From Cyanidioschyzon merolae (lineage: Eukaryota), in assembly GCA_000091205.1 (NCBI GenBank), contig AP006497.2: a stretch of DNA of 64,000 nucleotides; one strand, given 5' to 3'. Numbering within the stretch: the stretch's first letter is position 1; every line of letters starts with the position of its first letter. Below are positions 1 to 11,102 of the stretch, piece after piece. A program made the translations under genes and the position numbers. The notes under the pieces are model-generated. The model searched no databases, was not told where the DNA came from, and was given only the letters and a program-made list of their open reading frames with translations.

Positions 1-1732
1 TCGACCGTTTCGATGTGCATCACGTCGCGATACATCTCCCTCACCAAATGCATCAGTCCTGACGACGCCTTGACAATACTCTTGGAGTACGAGTCGACAC
101 GTTTTTCGATAGCGTCTTGCAGCCTTTCCCTGTACGGATCCTTGATATGTCCAAGAAGAAAGGTTTTCACCACCATCTCGTTCTACGGTTGTCTTTCTTG
201 TCGCCTTCAACGTAGGGCCTCCCACTTTCGGTCCTTCTTCTCTCCCTTTTCTTCTGGACTCGGCACTGTTTTTCGTTTTTTTCTGGCAGCCGGCGACCCT
301 GGGCCTCCAGGATCGTGGACTTGCTTTTTCATAGCTTTCCTTTTTTAGTTTTTTTTTGAAAAACAACGCTCTGTGAACGCTTCTGTTATATACTGCGAAA
401 AAAACTTGAATACACTTGTTTGAGGTTTGAAAGAAAAATGAACTAAAAAACTGTACTCTGCTAAGACCTTAACGGAAATCCAATTTTTCCAGTACAACAA
501 CACGCTACTGATCAGGATCGCGTTTCCCTTCAACAGCGGCATTCGCATCGTGTCAGTAGACTGGCCGATCTCCGAGGTATCTGGGCGTCGATCTGGTCGT
601 GGTGAGCAAAACCCCGGGTACAAAAACACCGATAACAAAACAAACTAGTCGCAAACTATTTATTAAAGAACAACTATCTTAAAGACTCACATATCACGCC
701 CGCCTTAGAGGTCTAGTTTTTCCGGAGAAGCTCTGAAAGTGGGTTAACGCGGGGTGCTTGGGCGACAGCGAAGGAAGCCCACACCAGGGACCTTAACCGC
801 AACGAACGGAGGGGCGGCGGCAGTAGCACCAGAAAATGTTGACGAAAATCCTGATCAGTCATCCGCCCCTCCCGAATCAACGCTGCAGGTTCCGGCGCAA
901 ATCTTGGATCGATCCTTAAACTCGGGCTCCGGTTTACCTCCTACATTGGGTACCTACCTCAACTTTGGAAACAGTCTCGGCGGATACTTTGGAAGACGGC
1001 TGGCAGCATGTTCACTGTCAAAAGTGGAATAAGCGGCTTGCCCGCCTATGTGTTTGGGGAGCGGATACGAAGCCGCTGAAAGGTTGGTTCATAGAGTATC
1101 CCCTGTGGTTGAGGGTAGCTTCACGCGTCCGGCAAGATAAAGGTCGCATTTGAATCGACCTTGACTAGCGTACATCTGATTCTACGCTAGCGCTGCGGCA
1201 GACACTCAGTGAACGACTGGAATGCAGGAGGCGCTGGAGGCATGTGCGATCACACACGCCATGGAGGGTGCGTCTAAATTGACGACGTATCTCTGGAATG
1301 CCGCAGCGCTATTCCTATTCCCTTACGCGCTACGAATCGGTAGGTATTGCATCATGGAATATTTGTGGGATAGCCTCGGAATTGAGCTACGAAATATCGA
1401 ATTACCAGTAGAGTAAAGAGGAACTTATACAAGTCGGGGACTCTACAATAGGGAAAGAGACCCAACCAGATACGGAAAAGGAGGCACAAAGTCCTCATGA
1501 TCCACGTACCAGAAGAGTAACTAGAGAAAGCAGCTCAGCAAAAAGCCCGAAGAAGAAGAAGACCAACAAGAAAAGACAGAAGAATAGAGAGAAGAACACC
1601 CAAGCGGGCCCATCACAAGGTATCCCCCGAAAGGGCACTCCAGCGGGAACTCAAGAAAGCTGTCAACAAACCGAGTCACCTACTCACAGCGCTGAAGATC
1701 CGAAAAGCCGTGCATGCAAGTCTTTAGACCAA

Positions 1733-3960
1733 TTGGCACGCGAGTTTGTAGATGAGAATCAGAAGATCGCCAGAGAACTGGGACTGCTGGCACCAGAACG
1801 CAACAGTTGCAAACCTCAGTACCTGAAACGACGTAAAAAAGCACAGATTGATGAATGCCACCGACTCAACAAGATCGTCAACCGCACCGCCATACGCGCC
1901 AACGCCGGAGACAAGGAAGCGAAGGCAGCGCTACCGGCGCTACAGGCGCAACATGAGGAAGCTATCAAAAGAAAGAAGAAACTTTCCAGAGAAAACAAAC
2001 GAGGGGATCGAAACCGCAGAATCGCCTCCCTGGCGAAATCTATGCTAGAGAGCACCAACGAAGATGAGACTTGGCGCTACATCCGATCGAGACTGGACCC
2101 ACCAAAAAAGTGCTTGGGGCTCACACCAATCGTTTATAAGGAAGCGCTGAGGACGGAGAGTTCCTCAGTGAATGAGGCCTGGACGGACCACGGGATAGAG
2201 CTGCATGAAGAAGCAACTGGGAACTGCCAAGACCGAATCTATTGGCACCAATATGCTGCAGAACTACCGCGCCTCGACCTGGTACCAGAATGGAACGACC
2301 CAATCTTCTGGCCTGAATCTGTTCGGACCCTCTTAAGGTCATGCAACCGCAAAACACCTGGCTTTAACGGTATCCCTGCGGAGTGGATGAGACTGGCGAC
2401 CCCAAAAGACGGGACAACAGGGACACCATCGATACCAGATGAACCTGACACAATCTTAGGCAAACGCCCTCTGGAGCTCATCCAACGCATGTTTGAAGAG
2501 GCATACATCCCTGATGTATGTAGGAGTGTTGAGGTCGCACCGATCCTCAAAAAGGACTCCCACATACACAGACATGAACAACTACCGGACTATTCGCCTC
2601 ATCCCGTCAATCATGAAGCTACTTTGCGCCATCCTCACAAACCGGATCCAGAGGGGCCTCTAGGAGCGCAAGTTCTTCGCCCCAAAACAGGCTGGACTCC
2701 GGAGCCGCGAGGAGTGCATGAGCCATGTCCTGACCCTCATTGAAGTGGCGCAACGTCGCTTCATTAGCGACCAACAACCAACTTACGTATGCTTCATCGA
2801 CTTCCAAGAGGCATTTGACACGGTCCCGCATGAGGCTCTATTTCTGAAGATGGAACGAGCCGGAGTCTCCGCAAACTGCTTGGCGTTTTTCCGTGCGCTC
2901 TATGCAGACTCGTGGATGCGCATCCGACTGGGCGACGGCTCAAGAACCCCTTGTATAAGAATACGCCGTGGACTGCGACAGGGCGACCCCGCATCCCCGC
3001 TCCTTTTCAACATCTTCATCAACGATCTGCTGAACAATTGCAGACAATACGGGCTTGAGGTGCCGTGGATAGACTGTGGAGATGCTCGGTGAGGAGCCCT
3101 CACGTAGGAACCGCCTCGCAGGCCTTCTATTTGCGGACGATGTCGTGCTGTTGGCACCCGCCCCGGAAACGCTTGCGGCTAGCATGGAACAAGTCAGCGC
3201 CTGGGCCGATCGCTGGGAGATGAGCATAGGAGCATCGAAGTGCGGCGTTATGGCCATCCATGGAGACTCGCAGAGCATTCGCAATCGCTCGTGGCGGTTG
3301 CAGAATCAGGAAATTCCGATCGTGGAAAAATATCGCTACCTGGGGGTCTGTCTCACGCCGACGCTTGACGAAAAGGCACACGTCGACGAGATGATCGCCA
3401 AGATGCATAGACGTACAGCGATCGCACGCCCAGTCCTATCCGACCCTTCTATCCCCTTAGCAATCCATACGAGGGCACTAAGGATGTGTATCATCCAGCC
3501 TACGACCTGGGGTGCTGAATGGTGCAGCATGAAGCACCCAAATGCCTCGCGTCTGCAGACAGCCGCCAACAGGGCAATGCGACTCGTTGTTGTTGTTGGA
3601 TGCTCAGTGCAGAGCAGAGCGACCAACCTGCTGGCACTCGGACTTGAACTCGAAATACCCTCGATAGAAGCGATAGCAGCAGGCTGCTGGGCATGTATAC
3701 GGACCAAAGGGCCCGCCATGCGCACCTCTTTGAGTCGGATTTTCATGCAGACCCCAACGCACCGCAAGAAAACTTGGATGAAATCAGCGCAGATTTGGCT
3801 GATGCGCCTCTTAGGCGAAAACACGCTCCAATCGTTCCCCAGGAATATAGAATTCTCCCGTCGCCTCAAGCGAACGGTCCAAACACCAATATGGGAACGT
3901 ATACACGGTACCAGTCGCGCCAGTAACGCCGGCTTGACCCTATCCGGAACTACAACCTAG
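1733..3960 (+). pseudogene. Reverse transcriptase of the LINE-like element, split over three reading frames (1733-2743, 2718-3092, 3076-3960), i.e. at least two frameshifts
   Basis: The three consecutive ORFs lie in frames 2, 0 and 1 and together reconstruct one RT domain (GIPAEW … FIDFQEAFD … QGDPASPLLF … FADDVVLL). This indicates an inactive copy. Confidence 0.75.
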
Positions 3961-4134
3961 AATACACATGCAAGCACTGATGGGAGGCGCTGGAATTCCC
4001 GGGACTTGCTCGAGGTGCCCAGTAGCTCGCCAAAATCCACGTTGGTGGCTCCTGGCTACCAGCACGTGCTCTAAGCCGTATAGGAACACTGGAATCGCAC
4101 TGGGAATCACACTGTCCCTGCTGTCGAGACGAGA

Positions 4135-4148
4135 CCCCCCCCCCCCCC
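4135..4148. repeat. C14 homopolymer inside the LINE 3' region
   Basis: A direct read of the sequence shows gagacccccccccccccc at 4131-4148. Confidence 0.9.
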
Positions 4149-5355
4149 GAGACGCTGACATATTTAGGCTTACAGTGCCCGCGCTGGAAGCAGGAGCGCA
4201 GCGAGCTCCTTGAAGGACAGCAGCAGCTGGGCATCAGCGTGATAGTCGAAGGCCGGACACTCACTCTGAGTGTAGCACTGGCAACTGATGGTCCGTTAAC
4301 GGAGCCTCAGCGCTCATCAATGGCGAACAAACTCACATGCTACGTTCTAGGCAGAAGGTCCAGCGAATCGGATGCGCACACGGGCCCAGTGCGCTTTCTG
4401 CGCCTACCCACTGTGGTGGGTATCGAGCACAAACCCACGTTGCCAACCGACAACAATGCATTCCATGCATGATCACGAAGGAGAGAGGCGGCTCCCAGGA
4501 TATATCCTAACAACCAAGTTTCTCCAGCGTGTCGTGCAGCGAATACAAGCCTGCATCCGCAGACTGTCCGAGCACAAACTGACGACGAGACCCGATTCTA
4601 CGTCGGGTGAACCACACCTCGAGCCGACGCCCTTTGTGGTACGCCAACGCCGTTCTGTCTCCGTGCAGCGACAGCACCGGCGCTGTAGGCGCTATTGCTG
4701 TCGCTTTCGGCAGGTACTAGGCACACACGATAGGACGTATGAAATGACCAGTATATTCGAGAAGAAGTAGAGGTAATGTAAAATGGAGGTAGGGGGTTGA
4801 TGGATACCTCACCTCGCACTGAAAACCCCAAAAAGAAAAGAAAAATGCGCATAATCGGAGAACGCTGGCCTATGGAAACGTCTTGGCAATGAAAAAAATT
4901 CAGGGCGTCCCTTTCCCACGGTGTCCGCTATGGCGATTCGATGCGCCGCGATCGCCGCCGACGTCGCCCGAGGCGGGTGCCGCGTGCGCGGCGCCGCCTT
5001 CTTTCGCCGATGTCGCGACCTACTCCGCCGACACTTGTTTCTAAGGCGACCACCGCGACAGTGTCGACGGCTTGAAGCTTCGGTTTGTGTCTTGCCAGTG
5101 ACGTTTGGACTATAGTCGCGACACTCGTCTCTCCGTGTGACTCGTTCTAGGAAGATTACTCAAAGCACTAAGCACAGATCTTCAAGCGTCTCTAACAAAC
5201 GAGTGCGTTGGACTTTGGGTTGGACGGCAAGCTCGTGAGGCCCTCCGAGTGAAGTGGAACCCTGTCGAAACGAAAGCGCTGTGGGCTGTTTCTGAAAAAG
5301 CGGTCGCACTGGCGCTTCTCTGAACCGCTGCGTTTCCGTGGCGTGTATCGAGTTT

Positions 5356-5466
5356 ATGCTGATCGAGCAAATTAGCTTGTTCCCGTTCTCGGACGAGGAA
5401 GTCTGGCTGGCCGCTATCAAGTGGAAGTGTGCAGCGTTCACGGACGTGGAGACCGACCCTGGCTAG
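5356..5466 (+). promoter_or_regulatory. Candidate upstream ORF (36 codons, MLIEQISLFPFSDEEVWLAAIKWKCAAFTDVETDPG*) ending 45 nt before the AdoMetDC start codon
   Basis: An ATG at 5356 is in frame to a TAG at 5464-5466; the main ATG is at 5512. AdoMetDC mRNAs in plants and vertebrates are known to carry regulatory uORFs. The transcription start site here is unknown. Confidence 0.25.
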
Positions 5467-5511
5467 CGTTGGCTTTTCGGTGAGGAAACTCACAAGTAGG
5501 AAACAAACTCA

Positions 5512-6843
5512 ATGGGGTCCGTTTATGAGCCAGTAGGGTTTGAAGGCCCAGAGAAAAAGCTCGAAATCGACTTTCAACCAGCAGGTGAGGTAGCCGGTTC
5601 GCCCTGCTCGCCAAAGCATAGCCTTCGGTCGGTTCCGCGTAGCAAATGGGAAACAATTCTGGCGGTTGCGCAGTGTAATATCCTCTCGGTATTGCAGAAC
5701 GCACACTGCGACGCCTATTTGCTTTCAGAGTCATCCATGTTCGTCTTCGATCGAAAAGTCATGATCAAGACCTGCGGGACGACTTCGCTCCTCCGCACAG
5801 TTCCCGAGCTGATGGCGGTCGGCCAGCAGCTGCAATTGGAGATAGGATTTCTGCAGTATTCACGCACTGCCTTCCGTTACCCAGAATACCAGCCCGCGCC
5901 GCATCAGAGTTTCCGCGACGAGATCGCATACCTCCGCCAGTACCTACCTGAAGGCTTCGAGCGCGTCATGGCGGATGACCACGCCATTCCGCCTGCCCAA
6001 CGCATGGCGTGGCATGTCTTCACCTACGATAATCAGCGAATGCCCACGAATGAGCAGAGCCTCGAGGTGTGCATGTTTGATCTAGATCCGATGGCAATGC
6101 GGTGCTTTTTCGGCGATGATTCGTTACACGGAGGCGATCCAGTGCTGTGCACGCATGTGTCCGGCATCGATGATCTCTTGCGCGCCGCAAAGCGCCTCGA
6201 TCAGAATGCAGTGGATGACGACGGCGCCGCGCCGCTCGTCGACGCGCACCTCTTCTCGCCGTGCGGGTATTCCATGAACGCCCTGGACGGATCAACCTAC
6301 TACACGATTCATATAACGCCTGAGAACCACTGCAGTTATGTGTCCTTTGAGACAAACGCCCACTTGGGCTCTTTCGTGCCAGTTTTACGCTGCGTTCTTG
6401 AAACATTTCGGCCAGCGCGGTTTCAGGTTGCATACGTAGGCGATGAGCAGGCAGCAGGGACACACGCGGCGCGCGACTGGCCCAAGCACCTTCACGCTGG
6501 GGAGCAGCGTTTCTCGCGTCGCGACGCTCTACAGACCGGGGGATGCGCAAAACCCAAGTGCTCCCCGATGGTATGGAGAAGGACTGGGCCGTACAATCAC
6601 TGGATGGCGAGCAGTGCAACCTATCAGTGCGTGTTGGGCTGGCCGTCCCTAGCTTGCGATGAGATCGCCGGCGAGAGGGCGCACTGCGGCTACAATGGGT
6701 GGAGTTCACCTGTCTCCGGTGACTCGTGGAGTACCCGGCCGACGCCGTCGCTCTGTTCCGACTCCGAGCGCGACCTCGATGACGTTCCACTGGACTCCTC
6801 AACGACATTGGATGGACAGGCTCCGAACATATCCATCGGGTAG
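5512..6843 (+). CDS. SAMDC: S-adenosylmethionine decarboxylase proenzyme (eukaryotic class II AdoMetDC), 443 aa with a ~60-aa C-terminal extension
   Basis: FEGPEKKLEI (the classic FEGPEKLLEV box). YLLSESSMFV (the proenzyme autoprocessing site, Glu-Ser, which generates the pyruvoyl group). KTCGTT, FSPCGYSMN and YYTIHITPE…SYVSFETN all match human AMD1 in position and order. Confidence 0.9.
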   Translation: MGSVYEPVGFEGPEKKLEIDFQPAGEVAGSPCSPKHSLRSVPRSKWETILAVAQCNILSVLQNAHCDAYLLSESSMFVFDRKVMIKTCGTTSLLRTVPELMAVGQQLQLEIGFLQYSRTAFRYPEYQPAPHQSFRDEIAYLRQYLPEGFERVMADDHAIPPAQRMAWHVFTYDNQRMPTNEQSLEVCMFDLDPMAMRCFFGDDSLHGGDPVLCTHVSGIDDLLRAAKRLDQNAVDDDGAAPLVDAHLFSPCGYSMNALDGSTYYTIHITPENHCSYVSFETNAHLGSFVPVLRCVLETFRPARFQVAYVGDEQAAGTHAARDWPKHLHAGEQRFSRRDALQTGGCAKPKCSPMVWRRTGPYNHWMASSATYQCVLGWPSLACDEIAGERAHCGYNGWSSPVSGDSWSTRPTPSLCSDSERDLDDVPLDSSTTLDGQAPNISIG

Positions 6844-6955
6844 CGAAGCGAAGGCGGTAGCTGCGCTCGCAGACGTAGCGATCAGAATTTCACCAGGACT
6901 GCAACATCACCGAGGGGAACCGAGTTCACTCGATTCATGGAAAGATTTCGATGCC

Positions 6956-7999
6956 CTAGGCTTCACGGTTCGTAAACGATACTTTCAACGAATAATCAAC
7001 GCACTCGTATCCCTGCGATAAGCTCACGCTGATAATGTCCGCAGCAGCACACATATAGCGAGGTGCTGTTTCCAGCGTGATACCACCACTCGCTTCGATC
7101 AGGTACCGACAATGGGGCATGGTTGCGGTCTTCTCACGGAGCCGTTTCGCTGTCTCACAAAAAGTCTCTGGATCCATGTTATCCAGCATAATCACATCGG
7201 CGCCCGCTGTGATGGCGGCAAGGGCGCTCGCTTCCGAACCGCACTCAACCTCGACGCTGACTGAGAAACCAGCACAGTTGCGTGCTCTGCGAACGGCCTC
7301 TTGAATGACGATTGGGTCATCGGGTGCTCGCTGGAGCTCCAGCCCGATGCAGGCCAGGTGATTATCCTTTAGCATGATCATGCCAGAGAGGTCCACCCGG
7401 TGCATGTCAGCACCACCAATGTGCATGCCATACTTCTCAACCAGTCGAAACCCTGGCGTCGTTTTACGTGTTCCCGCGATGACACCATGCCACTGGCGTA
7501 CCCGACAGAGTTGCTTGAACTGGCGAGCACGCGTCGCAACACCCGAACAGCGTGAAAGCAAGTTCAAGGCGGTGCGCTCGCCCTGGAGCAAACGCCGAGC
7601 AGGCCCGCGAACGGTGGCAAGAGGTCGTTTGCCTGCACTCGAACTACCTTCCGCGCCATCCCAGTACTGTCCTTCTAGACTAGTGGTAGAAGTGGTACCT
7701 TCGTCGCGCCAAGTGACGCTGCAGCCGAGTGTTTCGAAGACCGCGTCGAAGAACGGACGTCCCGCCACGACGCCAGCACTTTTCTGCCAGAGCGTTCCAC
7801 TAGCGGGCCGCAGATCTACGAGAGAACCACTGAAATCGAAGGATGGGGCATCTTCAAGGAGCCAGCGCTCTATGTGCGCGTTCAGCAGCAGCGGCAGAGG
7901 TGCGACACGCGCTCGCTCCAGCTGCTTTTCTTTGCTATTCATGCAAAGCGATTCTCGAACGACTGGAGCTTGCGCTGAATAGCGTTTGGTAAATCTCAA
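6956..7999 (-). CDS. QPRT: Nicotinate-nucleotide pyrophosphorylase [carboxylating] / quinolinate phosphoribosyltransferase (NAD biosynthesis)
   Basis: HVIAGTRKTTPGFRLVEKYG, MLKDNH, VEVECGS, ADVIMLDNM and IEASGGITLETAP are collinear with human QPRT, and the N-terminus (WLLEDAPSFDF) also matches. The gene converges tail-to-tail with AdoMetDC, with 112 bp between the stops. Confidence 0.9.
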   Translation of the reverse strand: MRFTKRYSAQAPVVRESLCMNSKEKQLERARVAPLPLLLNAHIERWLLEDAPSFDFSGSLVDLRPASGTLWQKSAGVVAGRPFFDAVFETLGCSVTWRDEGTTSTTSLEGQYWDGAEGSSSAGKRPLATVRGPARRLLQGERTALNLLSRCSGVATRARQFKQLCRVRQWHGVIAGTRKTTPGFRLVEKYGMHIGGADMHRVDLSGMIMLKDNHLACIGLELQRAPDDPIVIQEAVRRARNCAGFSVSVEVECGSEASALAAITAGADVIMLDNMDPETFCETAKRLREKTATMPHCRYLIEASGGITLETAPRYMCAAADIISVSLSQGYECVDYSLKVSFTNREA

Positions 8000-9645
8000 A
8001 CAGCTTGAGCTCTACTACAAGTTATGCTCCGTCCAGAGGGCAACACAGCGGCTAACGCAAAGCAGCCTGGACTCTTGAATGAAGCATCTGGGGCACTTCT
8101 TGAATGAGCGATCGCTCTGCGCCAGACGCCGATGCCCAGCTCGGGTGCACTGGGGTCCATCGCTACCGCTACTTGTCCGTACGCTGAAGCGTAAAGAAAC
8201 GCCCGAGAATCCACCCTGGAAATCACTGGAGAGAAAAGAACGTATGGAGACCGGACGATGCCTCCTGTGAGTCACGGAGACAGGGATGTAGCAGTTGGAT
8301 CACCGTTTGCGGTGAGACGCTGGCATCAGGCTCGGGAAACGTTTGTATGTGCGGTCGTATCCGTGGGAGTGCTGGTGTGCTGTGGCGGTGGTGCTTGCGA
8401 ATCAGACGACACATGACCGCGAGGCATTCAACCAGCTGCGCATGCTAGTGCTGACGCAGGAGCACGTACTATGTCCGAAATGTGTGCTCTAGCTTTCACT
8501 GAAGCTGTGGCGTTGTCGGTGCTAGGCACGGTATCCGTTCTAATGCTGGAGGTTTTGCGCATTCCAGGAATCCCCAGGAACGCTTCGGTTGCCTCGATGG
8601 ACTACATTGCTGCAAATTCTTCTGCTTGGGCAAGTGTTTCCGTTTAGAAGTATTTCGACGAGAAGCGCTGACCACTGCATGAAGCCGAAATCTTAGAGGG
8701 AGCCAGCAGTCCGCGCAGATGCTTTTTACTGGACACAAAGTGTCATCAAGTGCTGCTGTAGGTTTTTCCCCATTTACTGAAGAGGCGTGTCGGTGCCGAA
8801 CTCGGCCCGCTGATCAGTCGTGCAAGCTCCCAGCTTGCTCTCGGAACGCATAAATGCGCTTCGTGCAGACAAGGAATGGAAGCGTTGTAGTGGTTCGTAG
8901 GTTCTTTCTTCTTTCGAGCTGTTCGATAGCGTTCACATAGAACGCTCTCATGCGCTCGCTTATTCGCTGCCATTGTCAGCTGCGGACCTGAACGGTTCCA
9001 CAGGCACTTTTTTTGAGGCGATCGGCTAGCGCACGCACGCCATGTTTTCCAGTCCGCTGCACCGATAAACCAGCGCGGCGTGGGTACTCTCGTCGACGAC
9101 GCGACCGCAGCACTGCTGTTACGGGTTTACGCGGGATAGATTCCAGCCGGAAACCTTCGATAGGCAGTACTGGAAGCGGTTGGAAAACGATCGCCCACGC
9201 TTCACTCGGGAAACCTTACTATAGTCTGTGCTATAGAGAGGAATATGCTCTGCGACCTCGAGCACCGTACGCGGCGTCCGGATCAATATCGCTGAAGCTG
9301 CTCTAGCACGGAACCCGCATTCAAGTTCATGTTTTAAACTGAAACATGCTCTGCGCTCATGAACAGTGTGGAGGCCATTCGAGCTATCTCCGTGCTCCTT
9401 TTCACGCCCTCGCGTGTCATCGAGTTCTTTCCCAAGACGCGTTTTGCGAAAGAAATTCTCCCTGTAAATTCATAAGGCAGAGCAGAGAGCCGGCGCTCAG
9501 CACGCCATGACTTTAGCAGCGCTCGCGTTGCAAGTTGCCAACGCCGTACAATGCCAGGGAGCCTCGGCTTGGTCTGCCACACTCAGGTCAAAATAACGTG
9601 GGACGAACCTGCGTAACTGACTCGGACGTACGTACGAAACCTGGT

Positions 9646-10767
9646 TCTCTTCCCAGTATCATCAGCAACAGCCTTTGCGAGATTCTTCGGCGACTGCTCC
9701 CTTTTCCGGTCTCTTGTCTCTGGCGTGCCATAGCCGATCTCTCCTGTGATCGATGTACTATGTCAGCAGTCAACGGATGCCGATGGCAGCATCGAAGCCT
9801 CGATTTCGCTGCTTCTGGCTGTCGCCGACGCGCTTCATGAACAGACCGTAGATGCGATCTACGCCCCGCTTGGCATGTTCGCCTTCTTCATCATATACCG
9901 CCTCTGTACGCCGTATACAGCGGTGACGCTTCGCTACCGTCGGTTATTCGCGTATGTCGACTGCGCGTCTTCCGCGGGCCGTCCTACAACGCGTGAACGC
10001 TTGCCTCATCGCCCGGCACATGCCCCGCCATGGCACAGAACGCTTCTCTGGGTGCGGTCCTCGGTTTCAGCACGCGGTGCCGTGCACTACGATTACGTGC
10101 TCCACCCGGGCGATCCTCTCGCCATTGTCTCTGTCCTCTGCACGAGCAAGCGCGCGCTCTTCCAATGGATAGATGATTTATGGAACGCGATGTCGTCCAC
10201 GATGAAACTTGTGTCGGAAGGAAAACCAGGGCTGGATCAGCATTCGAGAGATTCGGATGCGTCAACGCTGCCTCTGTACGAATCGATGACGCACTCTGCA
10301 CTAGCCGCACTCGCGGCGATACAAGAAGGCCGGTTCGAAACCTCTTCTACGTGCAACCGGAAGCGTCGTGTGCCTCAGGGAGTACAAGCCATGAGGTATG
10401 CCATGCTCCTGGGGAATGCGGTTCCGTTAGTGGCCTCAGAGAGAGGATAATTTGGCTTTCCGTGAGATTGTTTATTTGATGTGAGTGTCTCAGTGAACTC
10501 TTGGCGTGGACTTGCGAAGAGGTCGATGAGGGTCTTCGATGGGTTTTTCCTATTCAATCCAGATGCGCAGAATGCTGAGCCCACGACTTGCCTACAAAAA
10601 CTGGTTGATCGAAAACTTGGTGAATGCTTATGTTGAGCATGCTGCGCGCAATAAATGGAGAAGCGCGGAGTCTCGTACTTACGCATTGGATAACGATATC
10701 GGTTCTTTTACGGAACCCTGCTGGAGGGCGTCGTGCTTCATCATGATTTCGATAAAGGATCGAATTC
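9646..10767 (-). repeat. Interspersed repeat family X, subfamily A, copy 1 (~1.12 kb, non-coding; minus orientation relative to subfamily B)
   Basis: It is about 99% identical to 20963-22085, and the overlapping ORFs differ by only 2 of 234 aa. It is related at roughly 65-75% nucleotide identity to B, with shared blocks ccgatatcgttatcca and ccgtaaaagaacc versus cctaaaaatacc, and homologous 3' termini (gaaaagggagcag versus gaaaggagcag). Confidence 0.75.
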
Positions 10768-11102
10768 CAGCAGTAAAGCATCCGAGGCGCTACAGCAAAA
10801 TGACGACCGAAAAAGCCACATCTGGCGTATGCATCCGTACGCTCTTGTTGCTGCAGGTCGAACGGTGAGGCTGGTCATCCCATAAAATTCTGACAAAATC
10901 GACATGCAGTTCAGTATGCCACGTTAGCGTTGACATGGATGTCGCGCCTCTGAATTGTGTGCGCAAATTTGCGCACCGCAGTTAACCAGAGTCGCCTGTA
11001 CTCCATGATTGCTCAGGATATTTCCGGCGTGATACACGGAACAGCAAGCCTTGATCATTGCAGCACGCATCGTACCCAATCAGAAGCCGCAGACGAAAAT
11101 CG

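Larger units (their letters stand above)
1733..4888 (+). mobile_element. 5'-truncated non-LTR (LINE-like) retrotransposon: degraded reverse-transcriptase ORF (1733-3960) plus a ~0.9-kb 3' terminal region that ends in an A7-8 run (…caatgaaaaaaa)
   Basis: RT motifs in the translations: GFNGIPAEWMR (RT N-terminus), CFIDFQEAFDTVPHEAL (motif A region), RGLRQGDPASPLLFNIF (motif B') and LLFADDVVLLA (FADD motif C). The last ~545 bp (4345-4888) recur at 44700-45250, and the last ~290 bp at 33269-33562, so the 3' end is shared by 5'-truncated copies. No endonuclease domain is visible upstream of 1733, which implies 5' truncation. Confidence 0.7.

Noticed and set aside
4372-4770. A 132-aa ORF within the LINE 3' region, with similar ORFs at 44727-44996 and 33184-33555.
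   Set aside because: The copies differ by frame-breaking indels, the peptides are Arg/Cys-rich nonsense, and the ORF is a consequence of the repeated nucleotide sequence.
6020-6808. A 262-aa ORF antisense to AdoMetDC. There are similar long antisense or out-of-frame ORFs at 7374-7982 (opposite QPRT), 11549-12004, 19200-19885, 26326-26670, 47868-48188 and 56350-57388.
   Set aside because: They are Arg/Ser/Ala-rich, low-complexity translations that lie entirely inside well-supported genes on the other strand or in another frame. Such ORFs are expected by chance in GC-rich coding DNA.
9746-10450. A 234-aa ORF inside repeat A, identical apart from 2 aa to 21063-21767. It could have been a transposase or element-encoded protein.
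   Set aside because: It has no recognisable motif and a composition typical of antisense or GC-rich noise. The homologous B and C subfamilies do not preserve this ORF. Its conservation is explained by the roughly 99% nucleotide identity of the two A copies.
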